A program made the position numbers and the translations under genes. The notes below the pieces were generated by a model. That model saw only the letters and a program-made list of their open reading frames with translations. It searched no databases and was not told the DNA's origin. A DNA stretch of 64,000 nucleotides, from positions 2,480,001 to 2,544,000 of the forward strand of contig JAUPSS010000002.1 of assembly GCA_040285825.1 (NCBI GenBank), in the 5' to 3' direction. The stretch's first letter is position 1; each line of letters starts with the position of its first letter. Below, in pieces: positions 48,315 to 60,869 of this stretch. Origin of the DNA: Eukaryota sp. TZLM1-RC (Eukaryota; Protista; Metamonada: BaSk clade).

Positions 48315-50246
48315 ATGGATTTGACAGAAGGCGATACAGATGATATTCAACTCCTTTGTACACTGCATCACGGGCTTCTCTTTGATCCTATAGAACTTTC
48401 CTGTTGTTCAAACCCGTTTTGCCGTCCTTGCATTGATGGACTTGTCAAATGTCCATCATGTAAAAGATCTTTCACCAAAGATAACATTGCTCCTCATTTT
48501 TTCCTCCGAAATGTACTCGACCTCCGTTTTCAACCACTTATCATCGACATGAACTCGATCTTTAACAGAAAAGAACTGGATGATAACCGGGAATACACAA
48601 TCGAACAGGGAAATTATCAAGGAAAAGCTATTGTCTGGAAAAAGCTGAAACTAAATAATCAACTTTTAGCCAAGAAGAAGGTAATTAGGCTTTATCAAAT
48701 ATCCGCTGACTTGGCTCATTGTCCAACAATAGCAAAAGCTGTAGGTATCAGTGTCAAGCCAATTGGTTTTGTGGCCGTTCGGTACACAATGGATGTTGAA
48801 AGTATGTTGAAAAAGAAAAGTCTATTATCACTCGGTGAAATTTTATTGGTGGCTCGATCCGTCGGACAAGCATTGGGTTTCATTCATGAGAGAGGGTACG
48901 TGCATAGGGGGGTTTGTCTTTCGGCAATACATGTAAATATGCAAAAGAATGTCATTGCATCATGTTTTCTCAACCCCCCAGTAGACGTCCCTTTAGAAAA
49001 AAGCTCTTTTGTAACAAAACAGGAGTACTCAGCCCCAGAAGTGAAGAAAAGAAGTTACTTTACTACCACTAGTCAAGAAAGCGACGTTTATGCTGTGGGA
49101 AAGGCATTACAAATTTTGATGGAAAACAGTCATTATAACAGTGTGAAATCTAAGCAAAAACTATCTGAATTGAGTTGTAAAAAGTTTGAATTATTGTCAT
49201 TACTGATTACTTCTTTAATTGAAAACAATGCCAGTGATAGAAGCGATATGACATCATTTTTGGTTAAACTGGATGAAATAAGTACTTTTGTACTTCCGAA
49301 AAAGGAAAACGACACACCGCCTGCAGAAGACAATCACAGTGTAGAGATAATAGGATCCAGTCATGAAGACTTACAATCTAATGGTACAGTTGCTTCAACT
49401 ACCACCACCCCAGGATCCAGTGATCCGGTCACTTCCATTACCATTACTGATTCACAGGAAAGAGAGCGTAGTTTTTCCCCACCACCAGAAGAGCTTTACA
49501 ATCGGGCCAAAATATTGTTTGAATCAGGTACAGAAGACAACCAACAGCTAGCAGTGTCATTATTCACCAAAGCGGGCAAAAAAGGACACGTTCGCAGTCA
49601 AAACGAGCTAGGTGTATGCTATGAAAGAGGAGAGGGCGTGCAGAAGAACGATAAAACTGCTGTTTATTGGTATAAAGAAGCCGCTAATGCAGAGCACGCC
49701 ATGGCAATGAATAATCTAGGTGTCTGTTTCTTTCATGGTATGGGAGTGGATCAAGACAGAAGTGAAGCAAGATTTTGGTTTGAAAAGGCTGCCAGGAAAG
49801 GCCTAACTGATGCTTGTTACCATTTGGCTATTGTTTCAGAAATGGATGAACAATATCAAGAAGCCACTCGGTGGTACAGACAAGCTGCAGACAATGGGCA
49901 TCCTTTATCTCAAAATAACTTATCCATTTGTTATACTTATGGTGAGGGAGTGACAAAGGATCTAAAGTTGGCCAAGTTTTGGGCAGAAAAGGCCATTGAA
50001 AATGGATACACTGATGCTTCAGCCAATTTGTCTATATTAGAAGAGCGCTGCTTATCCAGACCGACCACTAGTAGGGCCTGTAGTAGGGATTCCTCAGTAC
50101 GAAGGACACGTTTACAGAGTAAATCAATAGGCAAAAGTAAATTAAACGATGAAGCGTCAGAGCGATGGTGTTCCCCTGTTCCAAATGTTCATCAAGATGA
50201 GAGTTTTGCAAATGTGAGCAAACGACCACGTTGTACATTATTGTAG
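48315..50246 (+). CDS. RING-like zinc finger, pseudokinase and Sel1 repeat protein
   Basis: N-terminal C..H...CC...FC..C....CP.C. Kinase fold with HRG in place of HRD and no DFG, but with YSAPE and SDVYAVG. About four Sel1 repeats (NLG.C...G.GV..D...A..W). Confidence 0.85.
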   Translation: MDLTEGDTDDIQLLCTLHHGLLFDPIELSCCSNPFCRPCIDGLVKCPSCKRSFTKDNIAPHFFLRNVLDLRFQPLIIDMNSIFNRKELDDNREYTIEQGNYQGKAIVWKKLKLNNQLLAKKKVIRLYQISADLAHCPTIAKAVGISVKPIGFVAVRYTMDVESMLKKKSLLSLGEILLVARSVGQALGFIHERGYVHRGVCLSAIHVNMQKNVIASCFLNPPVDVPLEKSSFVTKQEYSAPEVKKRSYFTTTSQESDVYAVGKALQILMENSHYNSVKSKQKLSELSCKKFELLSLLITSLIENNASDRSDMTSFLVKLDEISTFVLPKKENDTPPAEDNHSVEIIGSSHEDLQSNGTVASTTTTPGSSDPVTSITITDSQERERSFSPPPEELYNRAKILFESGTEDNQQLAVSLFTKAGKKGHVRSQNELGVCYERGEGVQKNDKTAVYWYKEAANAEHAMAMNNLGVCFFHGMGVDQDRSEARFWFEKAARKGLTDACYHLAIVSEMDEQYQEATRWYRQAADNGHPLSQNNLSICYTYGEGVTKDLKLAKFWAEKAIENGYTDASANLSILEERCLSRPTTSRACSRDSSVRRTRLQSKSIGKSKLNDEASERWCSPVPNVHQDESFANVSKRPRCTLL

Positions 50247-51808
50247 AACTCATCCTAAGGTTACATCTGTTATCATTTATAATTTAAACAAACTTTCACA
50301 CCACTGAAAACGTTTACAAAAGTGTTCTCTTTTCTTTTATTTTTGAGACTGTAATACGGTGACTTGAATAAATGAAGCAAACAACATTTCACAGTTATAG
50401 ACTTTCTTCTATCCTTTATTAGTGTACAATTATTCAAAAAAAATGGCCCTGTGGCGGTGATTCACACAAATTCAGTACATTCTGTTCTGTCTATTGTTTG
50501 TTTGATTGTTTCAGGAGCTGATCCGAATCATTTGTTTTCATGAATTTGGATCCATGATAGTAGATTCATGTTTTTGGTCATTTCAAGGTTAACTAACAAC
50601 TTACATTATCAACGATAGAATATCACTGTTGTTGTTCAAACGTTTTTGGATAGTTTTTACAACAATTAGCGGTTTAGCTTTTGTAAAAGTTACCATTGTT
50701 TATCTGTTCACATTTATCGCAACATTCACTATGTTTTGGCTTTCTATTCAGATCCAATGAAGTTCACGTAAGTATGCACAGCAACAAATAAACAAGAGAA
50801 TCTGCAATACCAGAACTAAAGGTTGCTTGATTCAGCTAAACTACTTTTACATTTCAATTAAATCAGTTTACATCAACAAAATCCGTTTCTTCTCAAAAAT
50901 TTAGACTCACATGTTATCTGCACCGAAGTTCAAAAGGTAAGAAGAAGGCGGTTTCTGCAAAAGACAGTTTGATGTCACGTCATGGGAATCAAACTTGAAT
51001 CACTCCAATAATGAATTGTTGGTTCAATACACTATTTAAGTTGCATTTTGCAGACAAAACCCACTTATGGCAAAGTCACTGCTAATTTGCAAAATGATTA
51101 TCTCTCGAAAATTCAGATTTGCTCAACAGCCACAGAATGACCCTAAAAAGTCAAATCTTGGTAATCAGGTACAGTAAATTCAGATTAAAATTTCAGTCAC
51201 ACGGCTGTGACACTCATTCGAGTTAGTTCTGACACTATATATTCTACCATTGAATTGTATGACATTGTGTTTTTCAATATGCTGGATAAAAAAAGTGATA
51301 CTATTAACTTCAAAGTCTGTCACAAAATCGGTATTGTGTAAGTAATTTTGTTGGTATTGTTGTCACTAATACTGTTGGTTTATTTTGAAAGGTAGTGAAG
51401 GATGATCTCATGGTGCAATTGGCCCAGAATGTGGCATTTTATGAATAACATTAATTCTGTTCCAATTTCAACAATTCAATAATCAGCTGATAACAGGTTC
51501 AAAATCAAAAAATTTTCTCTACAAAATCATAGTAATAGCTGAATCTCAACAAAAGGGTGGCCGAGTACATGCCTTCGAAAAGGAATTTCCTAACTTAAAC
51601 ACCATCTACTATTGCTGACTGATGAGAACATTCACATATCAGACCTTGAATTAGGAACTACTTTTGAGAAAAAGAAAGCTGAGTCAAACCCATGAAACCC
51701 CCGATGCATTGAATTCGATAAAAACAGTTTAACAACAACACAAAGGAGAAAAATTAAGGTCAAAAAAACTAACAAAGCTAATAAATGAAGGAAAAGCGTT
51801 AAAACAAT

Positions 51809-52483
51809 TTAAACAGCTACGGTCTTCGATTTATAAAACGAAACAAACTCTTTGCAAGAATTGCGTGTTTCCAATCTAAGAGCAAAATCGTCCGCAAATG
51901 CATTGACCTTAGCCACAATTGATCTTATGTAGTTGTCAATTGGCATGAATGTTAGAATAACAGTCCACATAGCACACAAAGACTCAATGGCCCAGAGTTT
52001 GTTTGGTCTCATAATCAGTTCACTTGTGACTTTGGCGATAGTAGCTGGGTTGACGATCTTGAACTTCAACAAGTGACCAATAAAAGCGACGCTGTTGATG
52101 ATGACATCGCCCATTTCGGAAGTTTCAGTAACTGTGAATTGATCTTCAACAAAGAACGACTCAAACCCATCTTTCACAAAACCTAGAAGGAGGGATCGAA
52201 ACTCCTGTGATATTTGACACAAATCATTGGCAAGCTCGGCAAACAAAGGCTGTATTTCGGCATCACTAGTGACTTCATCTAGTAAAACTGCCACAGTCTC
52301 TGAAAGTAAAGTGTCATATTGTTCATCATCAAGATATTGTGCTGTGTCCTGGCGCTTCAGAAGTTTAATGATTTCGGGAATAAGGATGGACTTGTTGTTG
52401 TCAGTTAGACTGGTGATCATCTCTGTCATCTCTTCAATTACAACACTATAGACAGCATCAGAATCATTTTGCTCGTTATCCAT
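51809..52483 (-). CDS. Stand-alone MIF4G-like domain protein
   Basis: FAEL...C, FRSLLL, FIGHL and IESLC follow the MIF4G pattern. Confidence 0.7.
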   Translation of the reverse strand: MDNEQNDSDAVYSVVIEEMTEMITSLTDNNKSILIPEIIKLLKRQDTAQYLDDEQYDTLLSETVAVLLDEVTSDAEIQPLFAELANDLCQISQEFRSLLLGFVKDGFESFFVEDQFTVTETSEMGDVIINSVAFIGHLLKFKIVNPATIAKVTSELIMRPNKLWAIESLCAMWTVILTFMPIDNYIRSIVAKVNAFADDFALRLETRNSCKEFVSFYKSKTVAV

Positions 52484-52540
52484 TTGGTCTTTGGTGGTGA
52501 AAATTGGTATTTATTTGTCAAATTCAACTTTTCTCACATT

Positions 52541-54765
52541 AATTTATTTATTGAACATGCACACTTAATTAAATTAACTCATAACTAATGGGACGACTAT
52601 CATTGAACCAAGATTTCCTCTACAAAATCTTGATCTACTTGCTGTCTAGCTAAAGCTTCTCTAATTCGATTGAAAAACCGAAATAATCTATTAATAATGG
52701 CAAATTGAATCCGTGAACGCCATAAAAAAATATCAAATCTTTTCATTGTTTTTTCTTGCACCATTTTTTGGAAGTCATCCAAAAAAGTTTCTGCTTCAAC
52801 TGATAATCTTCCATTTATCGAAAATGGGAAAGCAATAAAAACCAGCTGTGTATTTCTATCGACATTAGCATCTTCAATATCTTTATTATATTTTCTATGT
52901 TTCTCTTTTGCTTTAAAATCCAGAGCAGCCACAGGATTAAGTTTTCTTCTGTGAACCAAAGTATCATTTGCAACATTACATGAGACAAAGTCAACAATAG
53001 CTTCAGAATTATCAATCCAATCACAGTATACATCACCTCTATCATCAGAACCAAAATTATTCAGAGAAAGTGTTTCCTTCAGCAGGGGCTCTTTGATACA
53101 CGATATCCTTGCAGTTTGTGCCATATTGAAAACAGTGTCTCTAACAGCATCATGTAATGAAGAACGATAAGTTATCAATTTAGAGCAATTCAGAGCATGG
53201 CTCAAAGTGAGTCGAGGTGAATTCGAACAAATACATTTTTCTTTTGATAATAATTGATTAATGGGGATGTTCAAATATAATCTCATTTTTGTTACAAATG
53301 CTTCATTAGTGGCACACAACCCAAATCTTCGTGGTACAATAGTTACAAAAAGTGAAGAATCTGACGACTTGTTTTCACAAACACCCTTTTCCAATAACAA
53401 TGAGTGAAGATCTTGATTTAAAACAGCCGAGCTGCATATATTATTATAAAGTTCTTTTTCATACATTCCAGTCAATCGTTTCTGTAATGTTCGAAGAGTG
53501 TACTTCAAATTTAAAACATTTTTTTTCTGGAATATTGCCATTGAATGATTGGGGAAAACATCGACCCCATTTTTCTACATCAATTTTTGAAATTTCTTCA
53601 TTTAATGCAAAAACAGTGGAACTTTGCGTTGTCATCAATAAATCTTCCCAATCTGCAAATCTTTCGGAAAACTCAAAGATTGCATTTCTGCATCCACCAA
53701 CAAAAGCACACGATGTAAGAATAGAAGCCTTCGTCCACCCTAAACCGCCATAATGTGGACTAAGGTAAGCATGATCTGGATTTTGAAACATTTTACATCC
53801 CAGTAATTGAGACAAAACTTTTGCACGTAACTCATTAAATTTCTGAGCCAAAGATCTAGTGACGAGAGGATTTGTAGATCGAAATATATGATTAAAATTG
53901 GAACTAAAACACAGTCTTATAATGGTAAATTTGATGTGTTTTTTTATATCTAAATTCATCATTCGGTCAATTTTGTAAGAAATTGAGTTCAACTTTTCAA
54001 ACAATTTTTTGGTAATTTCATCATTATTTCCTAAAAACGAACCCAAATGCCGAATAGCATCAATTGAATATAATTTGGCTTGAATTTCAATACCATCAAC
54101 TATTTTGGAAACTGGAGAATTCGATAACAAAACACATTTAAGTAAATTGAGTCGGAGACCAATTTTGGTAAATAATTCTTTAAAAATACAGTTGCTTGTT
54201 TCACAATATTTAAATCACCAATAAGCACAACATCATCCATATATGCAATCATTTTTAGTGAAGGAAACATCTCTTGAATTTGCACTAAAATAGGATGAAT
54301 GGCCAAACAAAACAAAAGAGGCCCTAACGGATCTCCTTGCTTTACACCACTTGATGAACTCAAAATGTTGTTACCAAAATGTAAATTTGAATATGTGCAA
54401 TATGTTGATTGAAAATACGGTATTAATTCCGGCATATATTGCAATAGAGCACCATGGATACTGCGACGACTTAGTGAAATGAATGCATTACTAAAATCCA
54501 ATGACATACAAACATTGGATTCATTTTGGCGAAATAGTACATCAGTAGCAAATATCGCTGAAGAGACTCCTTCAGTGGTATTAATTCCATATTGAAAGGG
54601 TAATAAAATCTTTTTTGCTTTCTCATTGAACCTGCTCAAGCAACACGCAGAAAAAATATTTTGTAAGCTCTCAGAGACTGCAATAGGTCGAACATCCATT
54701 TTTGAATTTTTGACAAGTGCAGTCAAACTTGAACTTCTTAATTCTTCTGGATATCTGAGTTGGCT
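52541..54765 (-). mobile_element. CRE-like non-LTR retrotransposon family A: RT, CCHC/RLE and 3' UTR (frameshifted)
   Basis: VRPIAVSE, QYG, LDFSNAF, GVKQGDPLGPLLF, AYMDD, GGLG, CIC..HALNC..HDAVRD, KEP, RGD and KHRKY. Confidence 0.92.
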
Positions 54766-54792
54766 TGCTTGAATGCTGAATCTCACACTCAT

Positions 54793-55050
54793 TTTGTCCG
54801 TTGTCCATTTACTTTCTCTTTAGAAGGTACGCTTGGACCATTTGCTTTATCTTTTTGGATGATTTTGTTGAAATTGTAAAACAACGTACAGGAAGAATTT
54901 TTACAAAACGTTTTGGCAGAACAGAATTGTATTTTCAATTTTGAAAGGTGTTGTCCCGTTATTGTCTTCTGCTTTATTATCTCTTCATCGCTTTTATGAA
55001 GGAAAAACTTCCAGTCAATTTTTGTTGGCTGATTATGAAGATTTAGAAAT
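54793..55050 (+). mobile_element. Non-LTR family B 3' fragment
   Basis: Matches 26990-27250. Confidence 0.8.
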
Positions 55051-55713
55051 CTAGTTTTTTGTTCACTTTTTTGATAGTGATAAAATAAACATTCTCATTT
55101 TGACCAGGAGGTTCATCGTGACTCTTGTCCCCTTTCCTGCTGTTATCCAAATTTTGGATTTCTTTGGTAACGCTTGGAGGTTCCTCACTTGAGATGATAT
55201 CAGAAGTGGATGAAGAAGAAGTTATATGTGTATAACCAGTCGTGTACTGCTGCTCCTTCACTTCCTTCACCCTCTGTTCCAACGTTAGAACTGTTGGTGT
55301 TTACTAACGCGCTATATTTACTTTGTTCGCTTGGAGTAAGAAAACTCTTCCTGCAAGGGAGGGTCTCCAAGGAATTGCACGGAAAAGGTGCGTACAATTC
55401 TGAATCATCATCACCGTGATGAAAACTCCCCTTATTGGGGAGGTGACTTCCTTTCTGAAAGGCAAGGCTCTTCTTAGCGGGAAGTTCACTCTCCTGAGAA
55501 GGATTACTCTTCCCGAAAAAAGGATTACTCTTCTTTGTAGGAGGACTTTCCTGGTGAGGTGGATTGCTGTTGATGTCATGGCCGACTAAGCCATTAATTA
55601 ATGATGCTGTTCGGTGTGACATCTACAGATATAGAAAGAGATAAGATAATTTATTAGATTCACCGGCCATTATAAAGGCCATTACTAGTGAAGTATCTAT
55701 GACAATAAATGTA

Positions 55714-56407
55714 CTAGACTAATTGTCCAAAGTACAACATTTCATAATAAAAATATTCACCTGATGCATCAAAAATTATTCCCACAACAGATTCATACCA
55801 CTGTTCCCACCACCCAGCTAAGGAAGATGGCATGTGGAAAACGCCATGATCATAAATATCGAGAAAAGCTTTTGGGTTTGGACATTCCAGCTCTTTGGCT
55901 GTGGCAATCAAAATCTTTTTCTCTCGAAGTAGGAAACAAAGAAGCATGCATGGCTTCAGAATTGATTGCAAGATTTTTGCAAATATCTTTTATTATACGG
56001 GAATGGCAACTGTGTGTCTCTCCATTGCAGTAGACACTGGATACAGAAATTATCTTCAGGTAAGGCTGAAACATAGTTACCAAAACATTGGACTGAAAGT
56101 TAAGATCATAAGGAGATTCAATAGGTCTTTGCTTTTTATTAGTGAACCAGTCTTTCATTGAGAAAACATCAGTGGTAGTATGCCTAAAATTTTGATCTGT
56201 AAGAGCAAATGCCAAATCAGGATAAGAGTTGATAAACTCTCTGGTAAATAGGGAAGTGTAACGCATTATTTTATCAGCTGCGTTCAAATGGCTCCGAATC
56301 CACTTGATGTTGGATCGTGGAAAGAATTGTGAGATACTAGCAGAGAGAGTAATAGCAGTAGTGGGAGTATTTGGTGTAACCATATCCAGATCATCTTGAT
56401 TTGACAT
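55714..56407 (-). pseudogene. N-terminal half of a diverged family 2 Fanzor
   Basis: SISQFFPR..I..HL...M..TSLFTREF...YP....LT...F aligns with SLYQFFER..I...L...M...SLLARVF...FP....LT...F of the 42045 protein, and CPNP aligns with CPAP. Frameshifted and truncated. Confidence 0.65.
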
Positions 56408-56438
56408 ATTGAATTTGTAAAAGGAGTAGTTTATTACG

Positions 56439-58762
56439 AAGTTGGGCAAAACTCGACTCGAACTCGACTCGAACACGAAATTGGAAAAATGGTAACTCGA
56501 ACTGGACTCGAACTCGACTTGAACAACTCCAACTCCACTCGTACTCGAGATCAAAAATTCTTACTCGACTCGAACTCGAAATCAAAAGTTTCAACTTGAA
56601 AACGGCAATTAGCAAAACGAAATGGTATAAAAATCAGTATTTAGGCAAACATAACAACTTTTATTGATGCAATTAAAACATAACACAGCCTCCCAACACT
56701 AGAAGTCTATTCTTCGTTCTTCTTCCATGATTTTAAACACATAACTGCCTCAATCATCTCATCAGACAACAAATTTCGTTTGTCAGTAACCATATTACCC
56801 GCAAGTGAAAAAAGACTTTCAGATGCGACAGATGATGCTTGGATTGATAAATAGTCCCGAGCCATTCGAGCTAATCTTGGAAAGCGAACCTTGGTGATGT
56901 TCCACCATTGTAGAATGTTTGTTGAAATGGGTACAAGTTCTTCTCTTTCGTAAGCCATTATTTCAGTGACCATTGGTTGAGCAAGATTTTGTTCTTGTCC
57001 CCTTTGTGTCGCCAACATCTGTGCTTCTGCCCAGAAATAATTAATAGGTTCTTCTACTCTCATTGGAACTACAGTTTCGGGATATTCGTCTTCAAAGATT
57101 TGCAAAAGACGTTGTTTGTGCTCTTGAGTGTTGATAAAACGGGAGAGCAAACGACCTTTCACTCTAGGATCGAGAAAAGCTGCAACATATGCTGTATAAT
57201 CAACATCAAAGCTGTATAATTCTTCTCTATACTTCAAAAACGTTTTTTTTCATTTCCTCACAGCACTCCATGAACCAATTTTTGCTTTCGTTCTGTTCTT
57301 CATAAGTCAAAATGTGGTTTTCTAACGTACTGAAAATTAAATCCACCGACGAGAGAGTTGGTTGCTGACTTTTAGATAGTTCATTAGTGGCATCATAAAA
57401 TATTTCCAGAAAGTCCATCAGCAATTTGAGTTGCATTTTCTCATTTGCTGAGACCTGAAGAGAGAGCAGCCGTTCGTCCTCTGAGTCTACTATCATGGAG
57501 TCTATGATTTCAACAATTCTCAAAAAACTTTTCAACATTAAAAAAGTAGAAGACCAGCGAGTTGCAACGTCTTGCCGTAACGAAAATTTATGTAATTCTT
57601 CAAACTGATCTTCAATCTCCTGAACCATGTAAGGAGACCTGTGCAAAAATTCGGCAAGTGAACGAATCTTACGGATGACTTGCTCCACTTTCTGGACACC
57701 AGCCTGAACTATCAGATTGATGATGTGAGAGGCACAACGTTGATGCTGAAAAGCAGGTAGGACAGATGTCAACATTTTCAAACCACTGACGTAGTTTGTC
57801 CCGTTATTTGTTGTAATAGCCATCAACTTGCCCACTTTCAGTTGATCCAGCATCTTTTCCATAATAAAAGCAATCCTTTAGGTGTTGTGAGGATATGCAA
57901 AAGCTCTCATATCTGCCACAATGGACTTTTGTTCAAATGCGGCTGTGATGAAATGAACCGTTAAACTTATGAACGGGATATTGTTAGGAGAAGTCCATAA
58001 GTCGGTAGTAAAACTGACAGCTTCATATCTTAGCATGTCTATCAAGATTTCTGACTTCGTAATATATGCGTCCTGAATGCGTCTTCCCAATGTTCTTCTA
58101 CTAATGAGTTGATACTTTTTACCAAGAATAAAACGGAACAAAGAAATGAATCTAGGAGATTCTATCAGCCGGAAAGGTACATTGTCACACACGAAGACAT
58201 CCACAAGTAGATCTTCAAACGTTTGCTGTTGTGTAGGAGACAACTGAAGCGAAAATGGTTGTTCTAAGTAATTGGTGACAGCTGGCTGAGGTTGTAGATC
58301 CTCTTCAGGGGGAGAGATGTCGAAATTAGGGTGTTTCTTAGCGTAGTGTGCAATAAGAACAGAAACTGATGTTGAAAGGGCATAAGTTTGTTCAAGGCAA
58401 TGATTACAAACACGACGCTCTTCAATGACAAGCCCATCGTAGAAAAACTTATAAACACCATAGTGATTCAGGATTTTATGACTCTTTTTGGTGTCTGGAG
58501 GACAAACATTGTATGAAAAACCCTCAGAAAGCTTATCAAGACGGTGTTTAAGTGAACCTCTTTTATTCCAGGGAACATGCATTGAAAAAAACTAGATTTG
58601 ATACCAGATTTCGAGTCGAGTAAAACTCGAACTCAACTCAAACTCGAGTCTGGAAAAATCACAACTTGAACTCAACTCGAACTCCACTCGAACTCGACTC
58701 GACTGGAGTCAAGTTCGAGTGAAGTCGCAAATCGAAATTTCGAGTCGATCTTTGTCCAACTT
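56439..58762 (-). mobile_element. hAT DNA transposon with a disrupted transposase
   Basis: BED-like finger, TTDLWTS, RCASHIINL, TRWSST, LDPR and WW..RFP.LA..ARDYLSIQASSVASESLFS. TIRs AAGTTGG(G/A)CAAA with many AACTCG subterminal repeats. No 8-bp TSD found. Confidence 0.92.
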
Positions 58763-58802
58763 AGAATTTAATTCTAAAATTCAACTCTAAAAATTCACTA
58801 AG

Positions 58803-59960
58803 TTAGTGAATTGAAAGCATTACTAAAATCCAATGACATACAAACATTGGATTCATTTTGGCGAAATAAGACATCAGTAGCAAATATCGCTGAAGAGACT
58901 CCATCTGTAGTATTTATACCATATTGAAAGGGTAATAAATTTTTTTGCTTTCTCGTTAAACCTGCTTAGGTAACACGCAGAAAAAATATTGTGTAAGCTC
59001 TCAGAGAGTGCAATAGGACGAACATCCCTTTTTGAATTTTTGACAAGTGCAGTCAAACGAGAACTTCTTAATTCTTCTGGGTATTTGAGTTGACCACATA
59101 ATATTTTGTTGAAAAATTTGGTCAATATACCAAGACAATCTTCTGAAGAAATAATCGCGGCTTTTACATGATCAATAGTTAAACCAGAAAGTCCGGCAGA
59201 CTTACCAAGTGGTCTCTTTTTGATCACCGAAAAAACTTCTGATGGCATCAATGGAAAACTTTCCCAGTATGTGCCATAAAAATTTTGATCCATTATAGGG
59301 TCTTCATAAGGATGAAGTATTTTTAGTTTATCTATTGTATTTTCATTGTTGGGTGCTTTAACTCCGGGACTTAAAGCTGACAAAGCCTTGGACCATTTGT
59401 TGTCAAAGCATTTGTCTTCAAAAATTTTACTTAATTTCTCGGATGATTGATTTCTCGGTGCTATATTAGTTAAATCTTCGGAATTATTTACAAAATTTTG
59501 TTCAAAAGGAGGACAAAAAGAACCAAAATAATATTCCCAAATAATATTGATAGCATACTTTCCTTTACATAATTGATCCAAAAATCTTTGAAAAACGAAA
59601 GCAAATTCATTGCATTTGGTCGGATGAATTTCTTGAGGTATTCTTATGGCAGGATGGTAGTTATCAACTATGCGGCATTTCAAGCATCGATCAGAAGTTT
59701 TTCCTTTTGCATTTTTTCTAAAAGAAATACCACAATTGTTGCAAGTTTTGTGCTTCAATCGATTGCTAACTGGTTTTGCAACAACTTGTGGAGCATCATT
59801 TATGGGTTCTACCTTAGACTCTGTTCTTCTAATAAATTTTCTTTTACATTTTCTTTCAGAATTTGCCACATTATTTTTTCCAACATTGGGGCATGTTCGA
59901 GCATTATGTCCTTGTTGTCGACATTTTGAGCATCTGTAGGAGCGTGGCTTTGTTTTTGAA
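58803..59960 (-). mobile_element. 5' part of family A CRE-like element (zinc knuckle, zinc finger, RT N-terminus)
   Basis: CSKCRQQGHNARTC, CNNC..CLKC, KSAGLSGLT..H and VRPIALSE; shares about 290 bp of sequence with 54470-54765. Confidence 0.88.
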
Positions 59961-60869
59961 CAAACTTTGTTTTCATCGTGATTTTCGAAAATTCTTGATC
60001 AGAATTTTTTTGTCCAAAAATGAAGAGAGAAAAGGATGAGGAGGAGAGGTGGAAAGGACGTCTTGAGCATCTTGTTGTCTATCGTTCTTTCTTTTGACTC
60101 CATTAGAATCAGAAACTGATTCAGGCATCAACAAGAAAGAATAGAAGCAATGATCGCGGTTCAGCCAGGTTGTAAATTAAACGGTTATATGTAGAGGAAG
60201 GAAAAAAATCAACTTTTCTGGAATTCCAAGACTCAGAATTCCAGAAACAATGGAAGAACGGAAAAGAAACGTCGAATAGGTAATCAGTTTTCCTGAGCTT
60301 TATTATATTTCAGAGGCACTTTACGTTTTAATCAGCTGAAAATGCGTTATCTACATTGATTAAACTTATGAAATTTGTGCCAATTGTGTTTCAGAAGAAC
60401 TAATCCCAGTTTGTGTTTAATTCTATCTTTTATCATAAATCTGCTTAAGTTCAACAAGATTTCAAGTCTAACATACAATTCTAATGTTCTTAAAGTTTAT
60501 TTTTATAACAGCTGGTTTTCATCTATGTTTAAAGACACAGTATGAAAAATAAAGATTCCGATCTGGTCTTTCTACATCAATTTTTTTGGAAGTAAGAAAA
60601 ATGTTTGATTTCTAGTTCTTAACTGAAAATTATATCTTTGCATTATCATTTAGATTGATTAAAAGGTCTTTGCCCTTGAATGTCACCACTGGTCATTTGA
60701 ATTGTTTTGATAGGGGTAAGAATTCGATCTTCCAGATTTACTAAGTATTTCAATTTGGAATTTGAGTCCACATTCATTATATACTATCAGTTGTATTTTT
60801 CTACCATTAATTATCAATTGTGGATTTGATTCTTTTTTTATGTACTCTAATTTTATTGAAAAAAATTTC

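Noticed and set aside
55043-55622. Pro/Ser-rich ORFs as a gag or ORF1
   Set aside because: No recognisable motif or LTR pair; left unannotated.
56450-58745. AACTCG repeats as a CRISPR-like or guide array
   Set aside because: They are irregular hexamers with no spacers, confined to the hAT ends; ordinary subterminal repeats.
54470-59090. ~290-bp direct duplication read as a TSD or LTR pair
   Set aside because: It is internal RT-coding sequence and has diverged; more likely two separate family A copies.
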